A stretch of DNA of 64,000 nt from Calditrichia bacterium. GTDB lineage: Bacteria > Calditrichota > Calditrichia > JAJRVZ01. The notes under the pieces are model-generated. The model was not told where the DNA came from. It worked only from the letters and a program-made list of their open reading frames with translations, and searched no databases. This document shows positions 55,645 through 64,000 of the stretch, piece by piece (position 1 is the first letter of the stretch; every line of letters begins with the position of its first letter). The stretch is from contig CAWCNS010000002.1 in assembly GCA_963796965.1 (NCBI GenBank), positions 64,001 to 128,000 on the forward strand, given 5' to 3'. A program made the translations under genes and the position numbers.

Positions 55645-57146
55645 TCAAGCGAAAATACCCTTGAGCGGCACGGTTAAAACCGGCTCTTCCCGCAGACTTC
55701 CGATTTCAAAATTTCATTCGCTGAAAACAGCGCCGAGGTCGTTGCTGCTTCCATTAGCATCGCCGGTACAGGCAATTTCACCCAATCACCGGCAAGATAC
55801 AGACCTGGCACTCCGTTTTAAAATCGGGTCGTGGATTCATACAAATTGGTATGAAAAGCCGTAAAATCATCCCGGAATTGAAAATGTTCATATTTAATCT
55901 GACAATCCTTTTGTCTCCGGGAAATAGCTTTCAAATTCACTCAATAAATGTTGTCTTACTTCTTCACCATTTGTCATATCATTTGGAACAGCGTAGGAAT
56001 GTAATTCAAAAATGCCACCACCATTCTGTTTAACCCAGTCCGCCGATGATTTTTCCATTTGGTGATAGATAGTCACCGAGTCAAGAATTTTTAACGCATC
56101 TGTAAAAATAAAAAAGGGCAACTCTCCCTCCACATTTTTATCTATCCAAATACGTAAAACAGCATAATTCTGCGAGGTTTTTACATTTTCGATTTGTTGT
56201 GCTGTTTTGGGAAAAGTAATCTTCAACGTTTGCGATTTATTTAAAAGGTTGGGCGTATTTTTTACATCACTGGCAATTATTAGGTAATCAAAACGATTTC
56301 CGTGAATTACAAATTTTTCTTCTTCATACCCTATTTCCTCAACCGGACTTTCAAGGTGAATCTTCGATCCATAAGGCTTAAGGAATGTTCGAAAAGGCTG
56401 CCATAGTGTTTTTTCAAAATCGTCATTCAGCACATCATATATGATCCCTAAATCATTGCTTAGAAAGTAGAAATGAAAACTTTTGATCAACTCAGCCATC
56501 GACATATACTGAGGCTCAGAAAAAAAGCTCTGGAGAATGTGGTAAAGACTAATTGTAGTTCTTTAGGAAGATTAGCGGCATCAGAGAAGTCTTTAAATGA
56601 TATGGCATCAAATTTTTCAAATGTTTTTTCACGGTTATAACGCAGGAGAGGCATCATCCTTTTAGCTTTTTCAAGGGACATCATGTCGGATAATGAATAA
56701 ATTTTCTGGCGGGCCATGGATATTAAATTAAATATCGGTGTCGTATCAATATTTCGAAAACTGAATTCACCTATAGATTGTGTTTTTATCAGATAATCAC
56801 TTAAAGGAATTAAATACCTGGCCGCATCAATAGTCCCTAACAATCGTAATAGATTGTAATACTGACGAAAGAATCCATGAAAGCCATGTTCCACATTGGT
56901 TTGATATCCATCTTCAAAAGTCACCGGCCAGGAACCGATTTTGCCTCCAATAAATGAATCTTTCTCAAAGACTTCAACCTGAAATCCCCTCGGAGCCAGA
57001 TAGGCTGCGGCCGACATTCCTGCTAATCCACTGCCAATAATTGCCACTTTTTTGCTATCTGATAAATTCGAAGGCTTGCTTTCGTCGATAGTATTGTACT
57101 GCTGTTTGTATCCCTTTAGACGGGATTTAATGAGTTTTTTTAGCAT
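55645..57146 (-). CDS. crtU: CrtU/CruE-like carotenoid ring desaturase/methyltransferase (FAD-dependent; several frameshifts)
   Basis: GSGLAG, EHGFHGFFRQYYNL, MSMAELIKSFHFYFL..GIIYDV, FAVLR-like YAVLRIW, GGIFELHSYAV, and an untracked C-terminus GLYLAGDWVKLPVPAMLMEAATTS..AN..TVPLKGIFA* ending at 55645; motif match from recall of the family. Confidence 0.72.
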
Positions 57147-57197
57147 GATCTTTTTTTCACTTAACTAATTTTATAATTATTTTTGTTGCCTTAAATT

Positions 57198-57244
57198 AAC
57201 CTCCCCATAACCCCCCCTTACTAAGGAGGGGGAAAAAGGGGGTT
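57198..57244. repeat. CCCCCTT..AAGGGGG-type palindromic element
   Basis: AACCTCCCCATAACCCCCCCTTACTAAGGAGGGGGAAAAAGGGGGTT; related to 63546-63632. Confidence 0.7.
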
Positions 57245-57270
57245 GTAAATTTCGTTAACTATTTTAAATA

Positions 57271-57440
57271 TTCTCGCGCAGCAACGCAAAGACGCAGCGT
57301 GAATTAATAATATAAACACAATTAAAAAGAGAAAATAGTCATACATTCTTATTGTATTTAGTAACCTAAGATTCATTTTGTATTTTGTATCTTGTATTTT
57401 TTATTATACTCCTTTGCGTCTTAGCGGCTTTGCGTGAAAA
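57271..57440. repeat. Inverted CGCAAAG/GACGCA arms around an AT-rich spacer
   Basis: TTCTCGCGCAGCAACGCAAAGACGCAG ... CTTTGCGTCTTAGCGGCTTTGCGTGAAAA. Confidence 0.65.
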
Positions 57441-57471
57441 AAAAGTCTATACAAAAGTAAAGTGAATATAT

Positions 57472-58216
57472 TTATAATGCTGGCTTTTTGGCGATGAAAG
57501 TAAACAAAATAAATCGTCGCCAGCTATGCTGAGGATAGACGGCAATATCCTGAAATCCAGTTTTAGCTAATAAATCTCTGAGCGCCTTTGGCGATAAAAA
57601 GTTTAACACACTTTTTATTAAATAAGCTGAATATGGTCACATTACCGGTAATGAGTGCGCTGAATGGAATAATAAGGCCATAACCTAAAATTCGCCAGTA
57701 GAGACGGTAGAAAAAACCGGATGGCAGGGAAAATTCATGGATGGCTATCTTGCCACCGGGTTTTAGAGAATGGTAAAGATTTTTAAGACACATTTCATAA
57801 TCAGGCATATTGCGAATGCCATAGGCCATAAAGATAGCATCAACCGAATCTTTTTGCAAATCCAGATTCATCACGTCCTGTTGATCAAAACGGTATCTTT
57901 CTGCTGCATACTGTTTTCCAATATTTTTGCGGGCAACAGTAAGCATTTCATTAGAATTGTCAATACCTATCACCTGACCTTCTGGCAGGGCATTTATGCA
58001 GTGTATCGTAGATTTCCCAGTGCCACAACATAAATCGAGTAAATATTCACTTCCCTTCAAATCCATCAGATCAACACTCCGACGTAAATCTTTTGAATAG
58101 CCCTGACTCATTGTTGTAGCAAGATCATAACGACGGGCAATTTTATCAAACGTTGCCGGTACATCTTTCTTATGTCGAAGCAATCCCTCTGCATTGTTTG
58201 CAATAGTATGATTCAT
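57472..58216 (-). CDS. Class I SAM methyltransferase, CrtT-like (frameshift near 57625)
   Basis: FDKIARRYD..SQGYSKDLRRS, LDLCCGTG, AYGIRN, LKPGG; shifted tail WRRFILFTFIAKKPAL*. Confidence 0.8.
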
Positions 58217-58220
58217 ATAA

Positions 58221-59213
58221 TTAACTAACCTTCTCTTCTTTTATCTTTCGACGCCAAAATTTCTTAAATGCCAGGGAAACTTCATCCCCTTTTACACTTA
58301 TATCCCGGAAATCTCCATTTCGACTTTTCATTATCTCCAATTGTGATTCCAGGAGAACAATGTCTTCATTTACGATCTTCTCAGATTTGCGGGCCATAAA
58401 AAATCTGGCAAATGCAGGGAAAAGGGAGAAAATATTCTTCCATAAGGTAATTTGCATCATTTCCACATGTTCCTCATCGACAGCCATTACATGCTCGAGT
58501 ATTAAAAGATTTCGTTCTTTAAAATTCGCTTGTAACCGCGACATATTGGGATAGTAAAAGCGGATACCCGCAGTAATTGCCTTGTCCCGACCAAAGTACA
58601 TCTTTTCTGCAACCGATCCCTTGTTCGCCCTGCTATATGATCCCTCTAATCCGTCTTCCAAAACATCCAAATGAAAATCTGCAGGAAAATCCTCTATTTG
58701 TCCCATAAAAGATCCAATTGAATTCCGATGTGTAAAGGCAATATGATAAGGATCTATCAGGCTCTCCGTAACAGATTCTAAGTCACCCTTAAAAACATGC
58801 GACTTGTAGGTGAAATCCCAGGCAGCCATTTCGGGAATATCTATGGGTTTAGTCACTTTGGATTTTTCTAAATCACCCAAGAAGACCCAGACCCACTTAT
58901 TGAATTCAACTACCGGATAAGATTTTACTTTAGCTGTCGGTGGTATTTTTGTATCAGGTAATTGTGAAGGTATTTTTATACATTGGCCACTTCCATCATA
59001 TTGCCAACCATGATAGCCACACACAGCCTTTCCCTTTTCAAGGTAACCAAGAGAGAGTTGAACATTTCGATGGCAACAGCGGTCTTCAAGGGCAACAATC
59101 GCTCCTTTTTCATCACGAAATATGATTATCTTTTCACCTAAAATTGTTTTTGTAATCATCTGATCTTTTATTTCCTTAATCGGACAGATCAGATACCAGT
59201 GGTTTTTTAACAT
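58221..59213 (-). CDS. Rieske non-heme iron oxygenase (VanA/CAO-like alpha subunit)
   Basis: DRCCHR and CGYHGW Rieske ligands; ESLIDPYHIAFTH mononuclear Fe motif; late ED; start MLKNHW. Confidence 0.9.
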   Translation of the reverse strand: MLKNHWYLICPIKEIKDQMITKTILGEKIIIFRDEKGAIVALEDRCCHRNVQLSLGYLEKGKAVCGYHGWQYDGSGQCIKIPSQLPDTKIPPTAKVKSYPVVEFNKWVWVFLGDLEKSKVTKPIDIPEMAAWDFTYKSHVFKGDLESVTESLIDPYHIAFTHRNSIGSFMGQIEDFPADFHLDVLEDGLEGSYSRANKGSVAEKMYFGRDKAITAGIRFYYPNMSRLQANFKERNLLILEHVMAVDEEHVEMMQITLWKNIFSLFPAFARFFMARKSEKIVNEDIVLLESQLEIMKSRNGDFRDISVKGDEVSLAFKKFWRRKIKEEKVS

Positions 59214-59266
59214 TTTTAATTTTCTTTCTCCATCAAAGCTGAATAACTCTGGCAAATGCACAGTTA

Positions 59267-59289
59267 TAGAGACGTCCCGATGGGACGTC
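59267..59289. repeat. REP-like palindrome
   Basis: TAGA-GACGTCCC-GAT-GGGACGTC. Confidence 0.55.
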
Positions 59290-59430
59290 GAACCCATGAC
59301 CAAATATATGTCAACATATTACTACGTAAAACCAATCCAGGCAGGTGCACGTATTAACCCTGCATTTAAATTAGTTGTACCTTGTAGATTCCCTGTTAAT
59401 TATTGATTATTCAATCTATGTATCCAAAGT

Positions 59431-59509
59431 AATATCCAATTTCCAACTGTAAATTTCCAAACAAAAAATAAATGATCATTGAATATTGGATATTGATTAT
59501 TGAATATTT
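59431..59509. repeat. Inverted heptamer arrays downstream of crtB
   Basis: AATATCC AATTTCC AACTGTA AATTTCC ... CATTGAA TATTGGA TATTGAT TATTGAA. Confidence 0.6.
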
Positions 59510-59515
59510 AAAACG

Positions 59516-60424
59516 TCACGCCGCCCGATCCGAGATCAAAGGTGTTTGAGGAAACAGGCGTGTGCGCACTGCTTCAGAAATAAGGATTTGCGCTTTTTTG
59601 ATTTGAGGCACATAAACACGGCCCAGGAAAGGGTTATAATCCTGCAATTCAATTTTGCGGAGAATCCCACGATAGATTTTGCTTGCAGAATATATGGCAA
59701 ATTGGGCATCCCGATCAAGCATTTTAATCCCTTCTTCAGCATCTTCATAATACTGATGGGCACGGTCTATTTGATATTTCATTAATTTACTAAAATTCTC
59801 TGACATCCTCTCTTCAAAAAAGTGATCAGCGTCCAGACCAAAACTACGTATTTCATTCTGAGGAATATAAATACGGTCCATTTCTTTGTCTTCCTTTATA
59901 TCCCGCAAAATATTGGTCAATTGCATTGCTACGCCAAGTCTCTCGGCATGCTTCATCGTTGCCGGATTTTTATATCCCAAAACAGGTGTCATCATTAAGC
60001 CAACCACACCAGCAACACGGTAGGCGAAAAGATAAAGATCCTTAAATGATTCATACCGTTTGATTGAAGTATCCATGCGAACCCCATCAATTAGTTCGGT
60101 CGAGAATGTTCTTGAGATATCATACTTTTGGGCCACAGCGATATACGGTCCGATAATCGGGTGTTCAGATTCACCGGTACGATAAGCTGTTCCGATCTCG
60201 TCTTTCAGATAGTTGAGTTCATTCCGCAATTCCTCATCTGTCCTTGCTCTTGGATTGTCGGTCAGGTTATCGATATGCCGGCAAAAACCATAAAGAGCAA
60301 AGGTCGCCCATCTTTTATGTCTGGGCAAAAGACAGGTTGAAAGATAGAAACTTTTAGAATAATGCGCCGTGATTGATTTTGCATATTCAAATTGCGCTCT
60401 GTTGGTTTCATTAATATAGTCCAT
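59516..60424 (-). CDS. crtB: Phytoene synthase
   Basis: SKSFY, YGFCRHIDNLTD, YRVAGVVG, QLTNILRDIKED, RIYIP. Confidence 0.93.
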   Translation of the reverse strand: MDYINETNRAQFEYAKSITAHYSKSFYLSTCLLPRHKRWATFALYGFCRHIDNLTDNPRARTDEELRNELNYLKDEIGTAYRTGESEHPIIGPYIAVAQKYDISRTFSTELIDGVRMDTSIKRYESFKDLYLFAYRVAGVVGLMMTPVLGYKNPATMKHAERLGVAMQLTNILRDIKEDKEMDRIYIPQNEIRSFGLDADHFFEERMSENFSKLMKYQIDRAHQYYEDAEEGIKMLDRDAQFAIYSASKIYRGILRKIELQDYNPFLGRVYVPQIKKAQILISEAVRTRLFPQTPLISDRAA

Positions 60425-61944
60425 CAGATTGTTTCCCCAATTTTTTTCTCAATTTCACCTGCAGTTAATTTCAAATCTTCTTTAATTATTTTTTCCGTCG
60501 CTTCGGCAGTAAGTAAAACTCCAGGAAGTCCCGCTCCAGGATGTGTACCGGCTCCCGTGAGATACAACCCATTCACATCCTCACTGCGATTATGCGGCCT
60601 AAAAACGGCAGTCTGCAACAGATGAGGCTCAAGACCCCACGGAGATCCCAGAAAAGAATTTCGCTGTATCTGGAAATCGGTTGGGGCAAATGTCTCTATA
60701 ACCTCGATATTATTTTGCAGATCTTTCATTCCAAAATCATGTTCCAGATAATCCAGAATCTTTTTTGTAAATGGTTCTCGCATCTTATCCCAATCTATAT
60801 CACCAGCCAGATTACTAACTGGAATCAACACATACATACTTTCACTGCCTTCCGGGGCCATGGAAGAATCCGTCCGTGTCGGTGCATGTAAATACATTGA
60901 AAAATCTTCCGGCAGAATTTTTTTCTTAAAAATATCATTGATTAAATCCTTGTACCGTTCCGAGAGGATAAGCGTGTGATGCAATAATTCAGGATATTGT
61001 TTCTTTGTGCCCAAATAAATAAGAAAAGCACTCATTGATTGATCAGCCTTATCAATTTTTTTATCCATCCATTTTTTTCTATACTTTTCAGCGATCAAAT
61101 GTTTATAGGTATGGGAAACATCCGCATTGGACACAACCACATCTGCCGGGAAAAAGGTATCATTTGCTAAGACTCCGGTTGTTTTGCCCTTTTCAACAAT
61201 AATTTCCTGAACCGGGTGATTGGTTTTAATTGAGCCTCCTATCTCGCTAAAAACCGTCTCGAAAGCCTTTACTAATGAATACATGCCCCCTTCCGTAAAC
61301 CAAACGCCCTCAGCTTTTTCTAAGTAAGGAATCATCAGATAGATAGCTGGCGCACGAAAGGGATTTGCCCCAATAAACAAAGGGTGAAATGAATACATAA
61401 AACGGTTGTTAGGATGTTTGAAATAGCGGCTGACAAACATATAAGCTGGTAACAAAGCTTTAAGCCGAAGTGCTTTAGGTACAAATTCGAGCATCTTTTT
61501 CCAACTCATAAATGGTTCTGATCCGAGACCATCAGTTATAACGGCATCATATATCTTTTTACACTCGTACATAAAACGGTCAAAGTTCTTTGCATCCCTC
61601 GGATCATATTTTGCCATTTGGACTTTCATATCTTCATTGTCGCCACTGTAATCCACATAACTCTTATCGTGAAAATATATCCTGTAATACGGATCAAGTT
61701 TGATCAAATTCATATAGTTGGCCATATTACGTCCTGCTGCCTGAAATACACTTTCAATAATCGAAGGGGCTGTAATTAAAGAAGGGCCCATATCGAATGT
61801 ATAACCACTCAATTTCAATTGAGATGCATGTCCACCAACATTCTCATTTTTTTCTAATATGGTTACCTCTAACCCAAGAGACTTTAGTCGTATAGCAGTA
61901 GCAAGACCACCAAAGCCAGACCCTATAACAATTACTTTTTTCAT
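60424..61944 (-). CDS. crtI: Phytoene desaturase
   Basis: GSGFGG, FDMGPS, YLHAPTRTD.SMAP, GAGTHPGAGLPGV. Confidence 0.93.
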   Translation of the reverse strand: MKKVIVIGSGFGGLATAIRLKSLGLEVTILEKNENVGGHASQLKLSGYTFDMGPSLITAPSIIESVFQAAGRNMANYMNLIKLDPYYRIYFHDKSYVDYSGDNEDMKVQMAKYDPRDAKNFDRFMYECKKIYDAVITDGLGSEPFMSWKKMLEFVPKALRLKALLPAYMFVSRYFKHPNNRFMYSFHPLFIGANPFRAPAIYLMIPYLEKAEGVWFTEGGMYSLVKAFETVFSEIGGSIKTNHPVQEIIVEKGKTTGVLANDTFFPADVVVSNADVSHTYKHLIAEKYRKKWMDKKIDKADQSMSAFLIYLGTKKQYPELLHHTLILSERYKDLINDIFKKKILPEDFSMYLHAPTRTDSSMAPEGSESMYVLIPVSNLAGDIDWDKMREPFTKKILDYLEHDFGMKDLQNNIEVIETFAPTDFQIQRNSFLGSPWGLEPHLLQTAVFRPHNRSEDVNGLYLTGAGTHPGAGLPGVLLTAEATEKIIKEDLKLTAGEIEKKIGETI

Positions 61945-62639
61945 GTGTTGACTCTTTTCACATCGGTTAAAAATATTGTTTTAAATTTTTCATAGAGGAT
62001 GGTACACAAAAACAACAAGGAAATACCATAGCCAAAATCCTCTACAGGAATTGTAAAAACTCTCATACCTAATTGGTAAGACTCGCCATAAAGAACCACC
62101 GGCCTGGCGGTCAGGTAGCCATTAAAAATGAGAGTAAGGATTATAATAACACCTAAGTACCAATAAAAACGCTTCTGATAAACCAGATTTGTCGCCAAAA
62201 ATTTGTCAACCATGATGGCCAGGCTGAGTGCAAACATGACTAATCCTGTATACTCTTTTCCATTAATAAAGAGCAACACGCCAGCCAGTGGCATAATGTA
62301 GGCCAGTATTTGAACCATATCACCAAAAGCAACATAAAAATCCGGAATATATTTTTTTATCATTTCCCATGTAAAAAGACAGGCAAATGGTACGGTAATA
62401 AAAAACAGTATTTCTTCAATCGGTAAATGTGCCAATCTCAGATCCATTGTGAATAATTCATTAAACATCCAATGCCGATTCGTCACAAGGGAATCCCATA
62501 TAATAAAAGGGATAGCTACAATGATTATAGACAAAAAAACATATTTCCACCGATCAATAAAATAAAATCGCTTCATTGAACCAAATGTAAGCGGTCCCGC
62601 TAAAACAAAAATATTAAATATCAGGTACTCCAGATTCAT
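61941..62639 (-). CDS. crtY: Membrane lycopene cyclase, fused CrtYc-CrtYd type
   Basis: Two lycopene-cyclase repeats with PIEEILFF and PVEDFGY; ATGA overlap with crtI. Confidence 0.85.
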   Translation of the reverse strand: MNLEYLIFNIFVLAGPLTFGSMKRFYFIDRWKYVFLSIIIVAIPFIIWDSLVTNRHWMFNELFTMDLRLAHLPIEEILFFITVPFACLFTWEMIKKYIPDFYVAFGDMVQILAYIMPLAGVLLFINGKEYTGLVMFALSLAIMVDKFLATNLVYQKRFYWYLGVIIILTLIFNGYLTARPVVLYGESYQLGMRVFTIPVEDFGYGISLLFLCTILYEKFKTIFLTDVKRVNT

Positions 62640-62897
62640 TTCATTTCCAGATGCAATTCATTTGTTTGATTTAATTAGCCTTAATCGAAAAAATCCAATA
62701 GGTATTATCCTCTCAGATTTATACCCTATAACTGACTCAAAATGGAATATATTCCCCAAATGAGCGTTTTGGGCGTTTTTTAAAAAATTAATTTTATTTC
62801 CGTTAAATTTTTGTTTATATAGATTTTATGATCTGCTTTGTATGGGAAAGAGACAAAAAAAGTTTAAAATAACTAGTTAATTTAATTCAGGAGGATT

Positions 62898-63413
62898 CTA
62901 TATTTTGAGATACTTATATTTTAGAATATGTTTATGATGCAGCTCATGCCCGGCAATAATAAATGCAACTGATCTAACTGTAAATATCTGTCTACTGGCC
63001 ACGCCCTTATTATTCAGCATCAAATCATCAAAACCGGAAAAAAGTGTATGCGTACATTCACGCATTGATCTATATTCATCATTTAAATCGATTAATGTTC
63101 GTGAATCAAAATTCGCCGATTCGATATATTTATCCTGATCAAACTCTGCCAGGGGTGTCTGGTCTTGTCGTGCAAAACGTAATGCCCGATAAGAAAATAC
63201 ACGTTCAACATCCATCATATGGCCAAGAACTTCTTTTATTGACCACTTATTATCCGCATACCTGAAGCCGGACGCTTCTTCACTAATATTGTTGAATAAA
63301 TGGACCATTTCATTTTTCTGCCGATCAAGGACATTGAGAATATTATCGTCCTCTATTAATTTGACATAACGGCCATAATAAGATGGGTATTCATTTTGTT
63401 CTGGTTTACGCAT
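62898..63413 (-). CDS. DinB family protein
   Basis: YADNKWSIKEVLGHMMDVER, AGHELHH. Confidence 0.9.
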   Translation of the reverse strand: MRKPEQNEYPSYYGRYVKLIEDDNILNVLDRQKNEMVHLFNNISEEASGFRYADNKWSIKEVLGHMMDVERVFSYRALRFARQDQTPLAEFDQDKYIESANFDSRTLIDLNDEYRSMRECTHTLFSGFDDLMLNNKGVASRQIFTVRSVAFIIAGHELHHKHILKYKYLKI

Positions 63414-63545
63414 AGTGCATTTATCCTAGTTTAATCTATTTGAAATATAGCGGCCTTAGCACTTTCTCTTTGCCCTCCACCCTCAGCGGCTGCTGCTGTA
63501 TCGGGAGATTTAAATAATACTTGGTGTAGTCCCGTATGACGGGAT

Positions 63546-63632
63546 TTCCCCCTTGGAAAGGGGGACTAAGGGGGATGTTATTTCCCTGTAAGTTGTGTAA
63601 AAACATCCCCCTAACCCCCTTCAAAGGGGGAA
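63546..63632. repeat. Inverted CCCCCTT..AAGGGGG element pair
   Basis: TTCCCCCTTGGAAAGGGGGACTAAGGGGGATGTT ... AACATCCCCCTAACCCCCTTCAAAGGGGGAA. Confidence 0.8.
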
Positions 63633-63663
63633 TTAGATTTTGCTTATTCGAGCAGTTATTCTC

Positions 63664-64000
63664 TTATGCTTTCTTATTCTTCACCGCAATCAATTCAGCA
63701 ACAATACTCACGGCAATTTCTTCAGGCGTTTGGGCAGCAATATCAAGGCCAATCGGTGAATGAATTTTTTCGACTAAACTTTTATCGAATCCTTCTTCTA
63801 TCAGTTGTGCAAAGACCTGTTTCTTTTTTACCTTACTGGCTATTAATCCCAGATAATTAACCGGATATTTTAAAATTACCTTCAATGCTTGATAATCCAA
63901 CTCGTGAGAACGGGTTACTATCGCAACATAATCCGTTTCCGAAATATTGACCTTCTCCTCTATCTCTTCTGCCTTAGCAGAAATAATTTCTTTGGCACCA
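63664..64000 (-). CDS. xdhC: XdhC/CoxI family Mo-hydroxylase maturation protein, 3' part (cut by the window edge)
   Basis: IVTRSHELD, YLGLIAS, PIGLDIAAQTPEEIAVSIVAELI. Confidence 0.88.
   Translation of the reverse strand, partial: GAKEIISAKAEEIEEKVNISETDYVAIVTRSHELDYQALKVILKYPVNYLGLIASKVKKKQVFAQLIEEGFDKSLVEKIHSPIGLDIAAQTPEEIAVSIVAELIAVKNKKA

Noticed and set aside
57472..58216. Calling the methyltransferase ubiE/menG
   Set aside because: It lacks the typical N..S.G.H..W segment and sits in a crt cluster; CrtT-like fits better.
62640..62897. CarH/LitR operator upstream of crtY
   Set aside because: Only one clear TnnACA plus one near match at 11-nt spacing in very AT-rich DNA; not distinguishable from chance.

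Overview
AT-rich bacterial chromosomal window with no phage, CRISPR array, rRNA, tRNA or transposase that I can support. Gene content (CarboxypepD-type TonB receptors, lipoproteins, Tat substrates) suggests a diderm FCB/Calditrichota-like organism; this is inference only. About 12 genes are split by 1-nt indels, several in homopolymers, which looks like long-read consensus error; I give them re-joined. Main content in order: anmK with a TonB receptor; dsbD; an HtrA / pseudo-HtrA / dimeric dUTPase / GH13 operon; queD-E-F-C; pyrD; a second lipoprotein-TonB pair; signalling proteins (membrane PP2C, PAS-GGDEF-EAL); ferritin; an ALDH; a tandem double-YjbQ protein; Lhr helicase; a Tat-exported PaoABC-type molybdoenzyme with an extra small Cys-rich ORF; a photolyase. 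The strongest candidate for a novel system is at 55-62.6 kb: crtYcd-crtI-crtB-Rieske oxygenase-CrtT-like methyltransferase-CrtU-like desaturase-SRPBCC. This looks like an aromatic (aryl) carotenoid pathway in an organism with no sign of phototrophy in this window, and its key gene is hidden by frameshifts. Intergenic DNA carries at least six families of short palindromic or heptameric repeats, and two sigma-28-like promoters precede signalling genes.
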